Made by a program: the position numbers and the translations under genes. Positions 54,996 through 64,000 of a stretch of DNA of 64,000 bases are shown one piece after another. The first letter of the stretch is position 1. Every line of letters begins with the position of its first letter. The notes under the pieces are model-generated. The model was given only the letters and a program-made list of their open reading frames with translations, did no database searches and was not told the origin of the DNA. Location: positions 224,001-288,000 of the IMG/VR virus record IMGVR_UViG_3300010224_000001, one strand, 5' to 3'. Origin of the DNA: a virus.

Positions 54996-55361
54996 TCATC
55001 GCCATGTCTCACGGTCTCTAGGAGCCTCTGCTTCAGGGCGAGGTTCCGGATTGTTATAACGAATTTCATCATCCGCTAAACGCTTTTGCACCACTTTAGG
55101 ATTACAGTGAGCGCAATGCTTGCGTCTCTTTAAACCCACGAAAGGGTGGTGGCATGTAGCGCAGGTAATCTTACCAACGTTCTTCTTACCAGTATCACAG
55201 AGCCAATCGCGGTTAACTGGCTTCTTGTCTGGCTCGTGTGTTTCTTTCTTTTTCTTTGCACCAGCGTTTACTGTACCTTGGGCAGCTAACGCAAGTAATG
55301 TCGCAGATAATAAAGCGCGTTGGTAACTTTTCATTTTATCACCCCTAGTTGAGAAGGACAT
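54996..55361 (-). CDS. hypothetical zinc-finger protein
   Basis: CATC, CAHC. Confidence 0.55.
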   Translation of the reverse strand: MSFSTRGDKMKSYQRALLSATLLALAAQGTVNAGAKKKKETHEPDKKPVNRDWLCDTGKKNVGKITCATCHHPFVGLKRRKHCAHCNPKVVQKRLADDEIRYNNPEPRPEAEAPRDRETWR

Positions 55362-55748
55362 CCATACTGATGTCGAACTTAATTAAGAGGCACAAAGAGG
55401 TAGGGTGTGGTCTGTTGGTTCATTCCCCGTAATGCGCGTAGACTCAAGCCATTTCTTAAAGAACTCTGTAATAGCCAGACCGGTTTGGGGCGGATAAGTT
55501 TCTATGTAAGTAACAGTAAACGATCCGTAATGACGGTAACGACGCTTTCCATTTGGCCAATAGTAGTTGAGCCGTTTCTTTCGCATGTTCATGTGTTTAA
55601 CGCTTATTAAATTCAATCTCAGCTAATACCTTCTCGGCAAATGAATCTACACCAAGACCGTATTGAACAATAGTAACCCTCGCTGGGACAGGTGGCTTAA
55701 CTCTAAGGACTGGTAACCAATAATGCTTATAGCGTCGTTTGCGCATGT

Positions 55749-56135
55749 TCATAGGTACTTGATCGACAGGTAGTTAATTGCAAGGTGAAGGAAGTTATCA
55801 AAGATAATCATTAACCATACCGACATCCAAGGTGGCATATCGTTCGAGTAACCTGTCTTGTTGCAGTCTTCCCACTTGATGTTACGATCATCAATCCAGT
55901 TCTTTGCGAAGATCAGATACTTCGCTAATCTGAAGCGATCAATTACTACATGGGTCGAAAACATGACAAACCATGCAAGTACTGAAATAGGGAGGAATAA
56001 GATGAATGGTCCGGAGTAAATGAAACCATGTAGAATAGCTGCATCCCATCTACTCGTTTTATCTTTTGCTATTCTATCAGTCTGGGTAACATAGTCACCA
56101 AAAATATGCAGAAGTAACTGCTCGTAACCGCCCAT
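55749..56135 (-). CDS. DUF3307 membrane protein
   Basis: H..GDY..Q, H...Y, H..ID, DN..H. Confidence 0.8.
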   Translation of the reverse strand: MGGYEQLLLHIFGDYVTQTDRIAKDKTSRWDAAILHGFIYSGPFILFLPISVLAWFVMFSTHVVIDRFRLAKYLIFAKNWIDDRNIKWEDCNKTGYSNDMPPWMSVWLMIIFDNFLHLAINYLSIKYL

Positions 56136-56137
56136 GT

Positions 56138-56383
56138 TTAATCCTTAGGAAATGGTACTTCTTCTTTCTTTGTTTTGATTAAGTCATCAAGCAAAGTGAC
56201 ATAACCCTTTATTCTGCGCATATTACCGTTCACTATTAGTCTTCGTTGTGGCGGTGCAGTAAGTACAAACGGCTCGTAATTGGTAACCTGGTCTTGAGCT
56301 AATTGTCGAATATGTTCGAGTTTGCTAAGACTTAACGTCTCTAACTTCTTGTAAAATTTATGATTAATTCTAATTTCAGCCAT
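56138..56383 (-). CDS. hypothetical protein
   Basis: 81 aa ORF. Confidence 0.55.
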   Translation of the reverse strand: MAEIRINHKFYKKLETLSLSKLEHIRQLAQDQVTNYEPFVLTAPPQRRLIVNGNMRRIKGYVTLLDDLIKTKKEEVPFPKD

Positions 56384-56438
56384 AATACATCCTAAACACC
56401 ACTAGCCAATGAAGGCTAGTGGCTTTATGACGCTTGAA

Positions 56439-57341
56439 TTACTTAGCGTTCAGGAAAGGAATTGGAGCACTGCCGTACATCGTTTGCGGAAGTTTACCAT
56501 CCCACTTCTCAGCACGCATGGCTTCCACTTCGATGCGACGCAGTTCCAGCAGATCTTTGTTCTGCGCGAGCGCTTGAGCTTTAACACGGATTGCTTGAGC
56601 TTCCGCTTCCGCAGCTTTCGTCACCGCATAGGCTTGGCCATCAGCCGTCTTCTGTGCAGCCGTAGCTTCCGCTTCTGCGATCGCCACTTTCTGTTTCTGT
56701 TCAGATTCGACAGTTTTCAGTTTGTTGTCAGCAGCTTGGCGTTTCTGCTCTTGAGTGACTTTCTCAATGATAGCGTCCATGTAGCTTTTCTGATAAGAAA
56801 AGCCAGTCATATCAATGCTGATGACGTGAGCGCCGTAGACGCTCAGTTTACTGTCGAGAAGAGCACGTACTGCTTTAGACACATCAGTACGTTTAGCAAT
56901 CAAATCAGTAGCAGTGTAATTGGCTGTTACAGAACGGAACACTTCTTGCGTAGCGCTGTCCACGTTCGAGCTGAGGTCGCCGTTGTGCGTATACTTTTCA
57001 AACACTTCAGCCATACGAGCTGGAGTAATCGCATAGCGGACCGTCAGACTAACAAAAACTGGCTGAGTATCGCTTGTACCGCCTTCGGCATTTTGGATCT
57101 TTGCTTCTTGGGCACGAAGATTGAAGAGGTTCATCTCTTCCCACGGCCACACCCATGCAGGACCTTCAGAGGTAGAGCGCACAATGGCACCCAGTCGCGT
57201 TACAACGCCACCAAAACCAGTAGGAACAGTACGGATAGGACGGAAGCTCCACAGGAACATCAGAGCGATAAGAACGACAGCGATCTTGATATACAGTTTC
57301 ATACCAAGTTTCACATTGCGCAGTTGTTGAGGATTAATCAT
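56439..57341 (-). CDS. SPFH/band-7 (prohibitin-like) protein
   Basis: N-terminal TM, VPTG..GVV, AEAEA coiled coil, EKWDGKLP. Confidence 0.9.
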   Translation of the reverse strand: MINPQQLRNVKLGMKLYIKIAVVLIALMFLWSFRPIRTVPTGFGGVVTRLGAIVRSTSEGPAWVWPWEEMNLFNLRAQEAKIQNAEGGTSDTQPVFVSLTVRYAITPARMAEVFEKYTHNGDLSSNVDSATQEVFRSVTANYTATDLIAKRTDVSKAVRALLDSKLSVYGAHVISIDMTGFSYQKSYMDAIIEKVTQEQKRQAADNKLKTVESEQKQKVAIAEAEATAAQKTADGQAYAVTKAAEAEAQAIRVKAQALAQNKDLLELRRIEVEAMRAEKWDGKLPQTMYGSAPIPFLNAK

Positions 57342-57431
57342 GTTTCTTCTTTTATCCTAGAGATGGAAAAGGTTTGTTACGCCATAAATACCCTACCCCT
57401 TACAACTGGGGTAGGGCTGCACTACTACCGC

Positions 57432-58901
57432 TTAGTCAATACCTTCAAGAGCACGAACGCAAACGTCCTCTTCGAATTTCTGACGCCATTCACGACGACC
57501 TTCGTTCAACCACAGGCGGTGTCCCGGACCTGGAGTAAAGAACGAATACAAGCTGTTCTCGTTAATAGCATCATACACTTCGAGGTTACCGTTTTCATCT
57601 TCACGGCAACGCACCAGACCCGACAAGGATTTCTTACCAAGATCGGATTTCGGCTCTTTCAGAACACGTTTCCAGCCGCCGTCACGGAACTCAGCAATAA
57701 CCTTCATGCTGAAGCTAAACCAGTCGCGGCTACCATCGTTAGCGATACCGCCACCGCAACCCAACAGGAAATTGTCAACGCACCAGCCTTTATCGACAGC
57801 ACCTTTAATGACAGACTCGAACGACTCTACGTTGATACCGTCACCATACAGCGCGCCAACGGCCCACGGCAGATTACGATAACCAGCGTCATTCGGAGTC
57901 GAACCAAAAGTCTCTTCCAGCCAGCCTAACACTTGCGCCAGCTTAGTAGTTGGGTCACCTGAGTCAGGACGAGTCACAAGGCGAGCACCGCAGTTAAGGA
58001 TTTCGTCCTTGAACTTCGGAATGAACTCCCTTACGAAACGTTCATCATCGTAGGTATCAGGAACAGCAGAAGCCACAGGAATACCAATACCGGCTTTGGC
58101 ACGAGCCGCCACACGGTGCAGAAGTTCCATAACCATCTGCATAGCACCGAAGTCATCTTTTGCTTCAGCATTAGAATTCAAGCACATGGTGGTGTGCTCG
58201 GTAGCTACAACAGAACTAGTGCGAGGTTTACCGGTGTTGTAGAGACGCTTAATGTACCCATTAGCGCGTCCACAATCGCTACCTTTGAAGATTGCCGCGT
58301 GCGCCATGCCTTTGAGAACAGGTGTTTCGTCCGGAGAATCTGCACCACGATCACCAAAGAAGTGTACGAAGTAATCAAGCATGGCCATGTTACCGCCAGT
58401 CATCTTGAAATACTTAGCAGCCACTTTACGCATATAGCGGCAAATCGAAGCAGTCGTCGACATCGACCAGACCGTCGATTGAATCACTGGCTCAAAATAC
58501 GGAACCAGCCATTTGACTTGTTCGTCTTCATGAGTAACAAGAAGAATCGGTGTTTGTGGTTTAACGATACGACCTTCTTCCACACCAAAGAAAGTAAGGG
58601 GAATGCGACCACCGTAAACACGGAGGATGTATTCCCAACCTTCACGGTTGAAAGTATAACCTTGCTCAGTGACTTCAACTTCTGCTTCGTCAATCATCCA
58701 CTGCTCGAGTCGCGCCGTAGCAAACACATGCGAAATAAAGGTTTGACCCATTGCGACGATTTCATCAGTAAACCACGTTTTCTTACGCGGCACTACTGCT
58801 GATACCAGTCGCTTAGATTTCTTAGGCATCTGATAGACGTGGTCGAACTTGTAGGTGTCACACCAGAGGATGATATTGAAAGGTTTAATAAGTTCTAACA
58901 T
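57432..58901 (-). CDS. nadV: nicotinamide phosphoribosyltransferase
   Basis: DTYK..H, FGDRG, ATEH, RPDSGDP, GDGI, K.SLSG. Confidence 0.9.
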   Translation of the reverse strand: MLELIKPFNIILWCDTYKFDHVYQMPKKSKRLVSAVVPRKKTWFTDEIVAMGQTFISHVFATARLEQWMIDEAEVEVTEQGYTFNREGWEYILRVYGGRIPLTFFGVEEGRIVKPQTPILLVTHEDEQVKWLVPYFEPVIQSTVWSMSTTASICRYMRKVAAKYFKMTGGNMAMLDYFVHFFGDRGADSPDETPVLKGMAHAAIFKGSDCGRANGYIKRLYNTGKPRTSSVVATEHTTMCLNSNAEAKDDFGAMQMVMELLHRVAARAKAGIGIPVASAVPDTYDDERFVREFIPKFKDEILNCGARLVTRPDSGDPTTKLAQVLGWLEETFGSTPNDAGYRNLPWAVGALYGDGINVESFESVIKGAVDKGWCVDNFLLGCGGGIANDGSRDWFSFSMKVIAEFRDGGWKRVLKEPKSDLGKKSLSGLVRCREDENGNLEVYDAINENSLYSFFTPGPGHRLWLNEGRREWRQKFEEDVCVRALEGID

Positions 58902-58967
58902 GATAATTGAATCCCAATTATTTACGTCACCAGTGAGGGACTGGTAAGCCCGTTCTTGTTTGTGGTA

Positions 58968-60062
58968 TTAGACGAAGTACTCAACCATATCTGGATGGTC
59001 GTCGTACATAATCTCTTTAGCGCTCAGGATGTGGCCAGTCGGAATCCAATCCACGCCGTTATTTGGCAGCCAAGTTGCTTTCGCATCATCGCCACCTTTA
59101 GCACGAGGCGGATTACCATGATCATCACGCGGTTCCAACTTGAAGTAGAAACCATGAGTGACACGAGGGATACCGTTATTGCGCGCTGGGTGATCAAACA
59201 CATGTTGCTTACGCAGAGCAAGCCGCAGCGTTTTCTCAGATACACGCAAATTGGTTTCTTCGTAGATTTCCTTAATCACTGAATCAAACAGCGACAAGTT
59301 TCTCTCTTTGAAACCACCTGGTAATGCACGGCAACCATAACCAGGACCATGTTCATTTGCACGAGTCACAGTCAGGATATGTCCAGCACACTCAATAATC
59401 GCATCCACACAAATGAAGCTGAGCGTATCCTGGTAGGGATAGTCTTTGAACTTCTCTGTCTCGCTAAGGTAATAGCGATAATCACGCTGTGCGTTCGTAT
59501 CGAACTCACGGTGTTCCAGGAAGATCTTCATCTGCGGTGGCAGGTGTTGATCTAAGAGTATACTGTTGCCAAGCTTTTGCTCGTTAGCGAACCACTCATC
59601 GCGCAGACGAGTAGCGTCGATATCAACCTGAACACCCAAATCACGACGTTTCCATTGCGGGAACTTCTTGAGATAGTAAGTAGTCTGATCTTTATCTTGA
59701 CCGTACAGCGTTACGTTAGAATCATGAATACCGTTAGGTACTGCAAATTCATACACGTGTCGCTGTACCTCTGACTCCCAACGTGCTTCCTTGTAAAGAT
59801 TATCAAACAGAGGCACAATCGAATAGTTACTCGTGAAAGTCGCGAGCACATGTTCGAGCACACGTTTACGTTCGATAAAATCAAAAGGATTCTTGTTGGA
59901 CTTACGACGGTTCGCAGATCCAATCAGAATAAGCAAGTGGGTATTCTCTTTTGCCATTTCTTTGAGCATGCGAACATGTTCATTGTGCAGCATAGAGAAA
60001 CGAGCAATTACCACAGCTAAAGTTTTACCACTAAAGTTTTGACTGCTAGTTACAATTTGCAT
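58968..60062 (-). CDS. bifunctional NMN adenylyltransferase / Nudix hydrolase (NadM-Nudix, NatV-like)
   Basis: ARF..LHNEH, IGSAN, NPF, ALPGGF, E..EET, GGDDA, DDH. Confidence 0.9.
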   Translation of the reverse strand: MQIVTSSQNFSGKTLAVVIARFSMLHNEHVRMLKEMAKENTHLLILIGSANRRKSNKNPFDFIERKRVLEHVLATFTSNYSIVPLFDNLYKEARWESEVQRHVYEFAVPNGIHDSNVTLYGQDKDQTTYYLKKFPQWKRRDLGVQVDIDATRLRDEWFANEQKLGNSILLDQHLPPQMKIFLEHREFDTNAQRDYRYYLSETEKFKDYPYQDTLSFICVDAIIECAGHILTVTRANEHGPGYGCRALPGGFKERNLSLFDSVIKEIYEETNLRVSEKTLRLALRKQHVFDHPARNNGIPRVTHGFYFKLEPRDDHGNPPRAKGGDDAKATWLPNNGVDWIPTGHILSAKEIMYDDHPDMVEYFV

Positions 60063-60155
60063 TTTCGTATCCCGAAAAATAAGTGCACCTATTCGAAGGC
60101 GTGCACGATTCCTCTACTTCTCAAACGATGTTGCTATTAGGTAAAAATTTCCTAT

Positions 60156-60626
60156 TTACAACGATTCTTCTGCGCGCTTCTTAATTGCTGCTAAGTCAAG
60201 AGCAATCTCTTGCTCAGAGTCCTCCGACCATCGCATCCAAGACCCGCCATTAATTCCATTTCCAACGGACCTTACTAATGTTTCACAGGTCTGCAAATTA
60301 ATCAGAAGTTCAACACGCTCGTCACAAATAGAAGCAAACAGAGTACGCTCTTTAACAAGATGACTATCCCAAGCTGCTATCTCAAAATTCGTATTGAAGA
60401 ATATCGGGTTAGGGAAACTAGGAAAGTCAGTAAGAGCATTAGCGTGATAATCACCACTACCGTAAAGGGAGTCAGTATAGTAGTAAGGCTTACTATTGTA
60501 TTTCACTTCTCCCGTGGCAGATGGCATGTAACTCTTATTAAGACGTTCACGTAAGACTTGAAGTACTTCCTGCAGCTTAACTTTAGGAAGTACGATTTGC
60601 GGTAAATCAAACGGCGAAGTCGACAT
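60156..60626 (-). CDS. hypothetical protein
   Basis: 156 aa ORF. Confidence 0.6.
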   Translation of the reverse strand: MSTSPFDLPQIVLPKVKLQEVLQVLRERLNKSYMPSATGEVKYNSKPYYYTDSLYGSGDYHANALTDFPSFPNPIFFNTNFEIAAWDSHLVKERTLFASICDERVELLINLQTCETLVRSVGNGINGGSWMRWSEDSEQEIALDLAAIKKRAEESL

Positions 60627-60627
60627 A

Positions 60628-61305
60628 TTACTTTCCGCGGTAGGTAACCTTCATTGCACTACTAGAGGACGAAGACGAAGAACCATAGCTCAACTTAGGA
60701 GCAGCATACGACGTCGTTTGTTTCGGAGCGTAAGATACTTGCGCAGGCTTACTCAGATCTACTCGAGCGGGAGCAGGCAATGCTTTCGGAGCAGCAGCGT
60801 AAGTAAGAGCCGGTACTGCCGGTTTGGCTAGTGCAACTTGAGTTACAGGAGCAGGCATGGATTTAACAACTGGAACTGGATTGGAAGTACCAGGAATAGC
60901 GAAACTCGTAACTTTGGGCGCAGCTGGTTGAACAACAGCCGGAGCAACTGCAGCTACAGCGGACGCGGCCGGTTGCACAGGTGCTGCCACTACGTTGTTA
61001 TTCACTACAACGGTCTTGTTAACAATCTTGGTGACTTGTTGCGGTTGTGATTGAATGGCAGGAGCTTGATAGTAACGATCACGACCATTGTCACTCAGAG
61101 CGGTAGCGGCAACTGCGCCAATAGCCGCACCTGCCAGAAGGGCGCCAGCATCACTGTGATTATCAGCTTGCTGCACAACGACAGTCGGCGCAGGCTGCTG
61201 AACCACGACAGGAGCCGGTTGTTGATATTGAACTTGTTGTTGCGGTTGACCATCGCAGCCAGCCAGGAGAGCTACAACAGCAAACAGAGTTGCGAATTTC
61301 TTCAT
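60628..61305 (-). CDS. lipoprotein, P/A/V/Q-rich
   Basis: lipobox LLAGC. Confidence 0.75.
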   Translation of the reverse strand: MKKFATLFAVVALLAGCDGQPQQQVQYQQPAPVVVQQPAPTVVVQQADNHSDAGALLAGAAIGAVAATALSDNGRDRYYQAPAIQSQPQQVTKIVNKTVVVNNNVVAAPVQPAASAVAAVAPAVVQPAAPKVTSFAIPGTSNPVPVVKSMPAPVTQVALAKPAVPALTYAAAPKALPAPARVDLSKPAQVSYAPKQTTSYAAPKLSYGSSSSSSSSAMKVTYRGK

Positions 61306-61369
61306 GGTAATTCCTTTCAGGATGAAATAGGGTAATCCTCGACCTCACAAAGAAGTCGAGGTGTTCTTC

Positions 61370-61633
61370 TTAGAGCTTAACGCAGGAAATGGCTACCGTT
61401 GGATTCTCCGTCCCGCCATAACCAATACTAGAAGCTGTCGTGCACTTAATGCCGTCATCGGTCCAAGTATTAACTTGGATATTGCGAGTACCCAAACCTT
61501 TAAAAGTAAAAACTTTCATGTCGGTAGTTACAGCAGGAATAACAGCAGCTTTTGGTTTGTCAACATTAATAGCTAGCCAAACCACAATACCAATCAGACT
61601 AACTTTGAGAATATCTTTAGCGATTGATTTCAT
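61370..61633 (-). CDS. membrane-anchored small protein
   Basis: N-terminal TM, two Cys. Confidence 0.6.
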   Translation of the reverse strand: MKSIAKDILKVSLIGIVVWLAINVDKPKAAVIPAVTTDMKVFTFKGLGTRNIQVNTWTDDGIKCTTASSIGYGGTENPTVAISCVKL

Positions 61634-61908
61634 GTCTTGTCTTTCTCGACAGGCTGCCACTCTGGTAGATCTAACTTGTCAATACCTTCGCCTGACAAGT
61701 AACCAATCACCCACCATTCGCGACCTTCTTTATATTCAGCCATCAGCGTATCGCCACGTGAGATTGAATACTTGAAGAAACCTTCTCGGCTTTTACGTTC
61801 AACCATCCACGGATGATTCATTAATTCATCGAGTGAATTAAACGTAATCCTAACACGGTCTTCTTCATCCTGATCAACGAAACCAGGTACGTGTTGTGCA
61901 AATTCCAT
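61630..61908 (-). CDS. hypothetical protein
   Basis: 92 aa, GGAG SD. Confidence 0.6.
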   Translation of the reverse strand: MEFAQHVPGFVDQDEEDRVRITFNSLDELMNHPWMVERKSREGFFKYSISRGDTLMAEYKEGREWWVIGYLSGEGIDKLDLPEWQPVEKDKT

Positions 61909-61911
61909 TTG

Positions 61912-62994
61912 TTACTCCCAGTTGAGAGTACCGCCAGTTTTAGCTTCCACGGCTTTAGCTGCAACTGCAGTACCACCTTCGTTACGCAGACCAAATGCTT
62001 CAGCAAACCACGGGAAGGGATTCTTAGCACCTGGGAACAGAACACCAATACCGACAGCAGCAGCGCGTTGATTCGCTACCGATTGCAGATAGGTCAGGAA
62101 CATATCAGCGTTCATACCGAGTATGTCGGCAGGCAGTGTTTCTTTAGCTACCGCAAACTCCAATTCTACAGCTTTACGAATCAACGCAGTCACATCTGCA
62201 AAGATAGGTTGCCACAAATGCGGGTTCTCGATACGGATCGTACTAACGATGTTAGCTGCTGCTTTGAAGTGCGTCAGTTCATCACGCAGCATCAGTTGGT
62301 ATTGTTCCGAAGTCTTTACCATCTTGCCGTTACGACCCAGCGTCAGCATCTGAGTAAAGCTAACTGTCGAGAACAGACCCTTCAGGATACAAGCATATAC
62401 GACAAGCGACTTAAGGAATTGCGCGTCGCTCTCAGGAGTGCCGGTTTTGAACTGAGGGTCTTGGAACAGATTCAGATACGGTTTAATGAATTCGTTCTTA
62501 GCACGAACTGAAGCGAAACTATTGTAAGTGTCGTAAACGGCTTGCTCGTCAATCTTGAGTGCATCACTCACGTGGTAATAGACGTGGTGACGAATTGCTT
62601 CTTCCATACCTTGACGCAGCAAGTACTGACGCACTTCTGGAGCAGTCACGTGACGATAGATACCAATAGCCAAACCACCTGCACGGTCATTAAGCGTAAG
62701 CAGACCAAGATTACGAATCACCAGTTGCTTCTCTTGTTCAGACAGTGACCCAGAATTCCACTGAGCGACATCTTGTTCCATGATGTACTCTTGCGGCATC
62801 CATTGATTCTCACAAGCCTTCAGGTACTGATCCCAAGCCCATTTATACTTAAACGGCACGAGTTGGTTCACGTCAGTAGTTGCGTTAATCATGCGTTTGT
62901 CTGACGCGTTAACCCGTTTAGAAGTATCAACGTCACTATCGACTTGTTCTGCATTTACTGCCGACGTTCCTTCATCATCCCAATCCAACGACAT
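61912..62994 (-). CDS. nrdB: ribonucleotide reductase beta subunit homolog, degenerate
   Basis: QLVPFKYKWAW, WMPQE, RQ..EEAI, RDE..H, NPFPW; two metal ligands and the tail Tyr are missing. Confidence 0.85.
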   Translation of the reverse strand: MSLDWDDEGTSAVNAEQVDSDVDTSKRVNASDKRMINATTDVNQLVPFKYKWAWDQYLKACENQWMPQEYIMEQDVAQWNSGSLSEQEKQLVIRNLGLLTLNDRAGGLAIGIYRHVTAPEVRQYLLRQGMEEAIRHHVYYHVSDALKIDEQAVYDTYNSFASVRAKNEFIKPYLNLFQDPQFKTGTPESDAQFLKSLVVYACILKGLFSTVSFTQMLTLGRNGKMVKTSEQYQLMLRDELTHFKAAANIVSTIRIENPHLWQPIFADVTALIRKAVELEFAVAKETLPADILGMNADMFLTYLQSVANQRAAAVGIGVLFPGAKNPFPWFAEAFGLRNEGGTAVAAKAVEAKTGGTLNWE

Positions 62995-63054
62995 GCTAAT
63001 TCCTTTAATTGATAATACAAAAGAGTAGGTAGGAGTTAATCCTACCTACTTGAT

Positions 63055-63408
63055 TTATTTCCGAGCTTCTTGCAGTAGTTCGGTTTGACGTTGCTGAATG
63101 ATTTCTTCAGTAAGCCAGATTCCAGTATCGCACTTGTAATACGGTTCAGGATCTCTACCAGCAAAACCAGCACGTTCGCAATGATGAAGATGTTGATAAT
63201 CCGAGAACAAAAGAGTACGCATTTGGAAAAGCTCTCGCTGCTTGGCATTATTACTGTCAATAAACTTACCGACCGCCACGCAGAAACCAACTACCACCGC
63301 CACAACTATCATCATAAAGAACGTTGTAAAAATACCTTCATCGTGGTCAACAACGAAACCGATAAATCTTCCCAAGATTTCCTTGCCCCGTTCAAGTATC
63401 TTACTCAT
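63055..63408 (-). CDS. membrane-anchored protein (tandem paralog)
   Basis: TM plus C.R.GFAGR..EP.Y.CD.G.WL. Confidence 0.65.
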   Translation of the reverse strand: MSKILERGKEILGRFIGFVVDHDEGIFTTFFMMIVVAVVVGFCVAVGKFIDSNNAKQRELFQMRTLLFSDYQHLHHCERAGFAGRDPEPYYKCDTGIWLTEEIIQQRQTELLQEARK

Positions 63409-63700
63409 CGGAAGAATCTTTCTTACTCTTCTTCTTAATCTCACCACGCAACCAAACACCATTATCGCACTGGTAAGTAGGTTCTGCGTTACGACCAGCA
63501 AAACCACTCCTCACACACTTGTGATCTTGCAGGTACTTGTGATCTGCTGGCGTAAGTTCATTTGACTTCTTATCCCAATAAATCATAGCACCAATAACAA
63601 TCCCTATCAGCACTAAGCTGATGAGTGCTTCAGCCAGGGTGACCTCTTCACAGCTGCAGTGACATTTCGACATGTACGTATCCTTAGTTAAGCATCCCAA
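63401..63700 (-). CDS. membrane-anchored protein (tandem paralog)
   Basis: same motif as neighbour. Confidence 0.65.
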   Translation of the reverse strand: MGCLTKDTYMSKCHCSCEEVTLAEALISLVLIGIVIGAMIYWDKKSNELTPADHKYLQDHKCVRSGFAGRNAEPTYQCDNGVWLRGEIKKKSKKDSSDE

Positions 63701-63873
63701 ATAACTGCATCAGCTTTACCCGTGAAAACCATCCAAGCAAGCTTAAAACGAAAACGCAAAGCAAACCACTGCGGACGAATACCGCGCATTGGCGCCCAGT
63801 GATCGTTCGGTAGAAGAGCACTCGTGAGAGTGTATCTGATATCAGTAGCGTTAACTAGTTGCGGTAGATCCAT
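63688..63873 (-). CDS. small conserved phage protein
   Basis: R.K.AW.VFTGKADA..W; AAGGA SD. Confidence 0.6.
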   Translation of the reverse strand: MDLPQLVNATDIRYTLTSALLPNDHWAPMRGIRPQWFALRFRFKLAWMVFTGKADAVIWDA

Positions 63874-64000
63874 GTTTCTTCCTTTTCTTTATAAAAGAAT
63901 CTAAACACCACACAAGAACAAATACCCAAAGAAAGAGTAACCAGAATAGATTAGAGGCAATGCTCTTGCAATTATTGTACATCTGTTTCCAGAATGTCAT

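Noticed and set aside
56409-57929. 506-aa plus-strand ORF and other long plus-strand ORFs
   Set aside because: Antisense shadows of well-supported minus-strand genes (SPFH, NAMPT) with no motifs
61912-62994. Metal-free class Ie R2
   Set aside because: Substitution pattern differs from class Ie and the C-terminal radical-transfer Tyr is also missing

Overview
Accessory region of a phiKZ-like (Chimalliviridae-type) jumbo phage. Support: almost all ORFs are on the minus strand, TATATYAC early-promoter motifs are present, there is a chimallin-like gene and a fragment resembling the phiKZ major capsid protein, and hairpin terminators share a TTTATG(A/C)CGT tail. Recognisable enzymes are a thermonuclease, a DUF5565-like RNA ligase, four HNH endonucleases, two Ntn-hydrolase proteases, two GNATs, an ATP-grasp protein, a DEDD exonuclease, an AAA ATPase, a NUDIX-like protein, DHFR, NADAR, an SPFH protein, NAMPT, NMNAT-Nudix and a degenerate RNR beta subunit. 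The standout feature is a cluster at 9871-11894 of non-canonical tRNA-scaffold RNAs. Five CCA-ended tRNA shells all carry the same bulged G in the acceptor stem, and each anticodon loop is replaced by a 59-101 nt structured cargo. In four of them the cargo is a second, circularly permuted tRNA whose acceptor stem is closed by a loop (tRNA inside tRNA). A sixth RNA of 256 nt carries a 183-nt variable arm. Also present are eight more conventional tRNAs (three with oddities), an 8/4-fold tRNA-like RNA, several ORF-free highly structured ncRNA candidates, a Tad2/DUF2829-capsid-domain fusion and a probable pseudo-enzyme R2. All RNA folds were done by eye and protein family calls come from remembered motifs; no searches were run.
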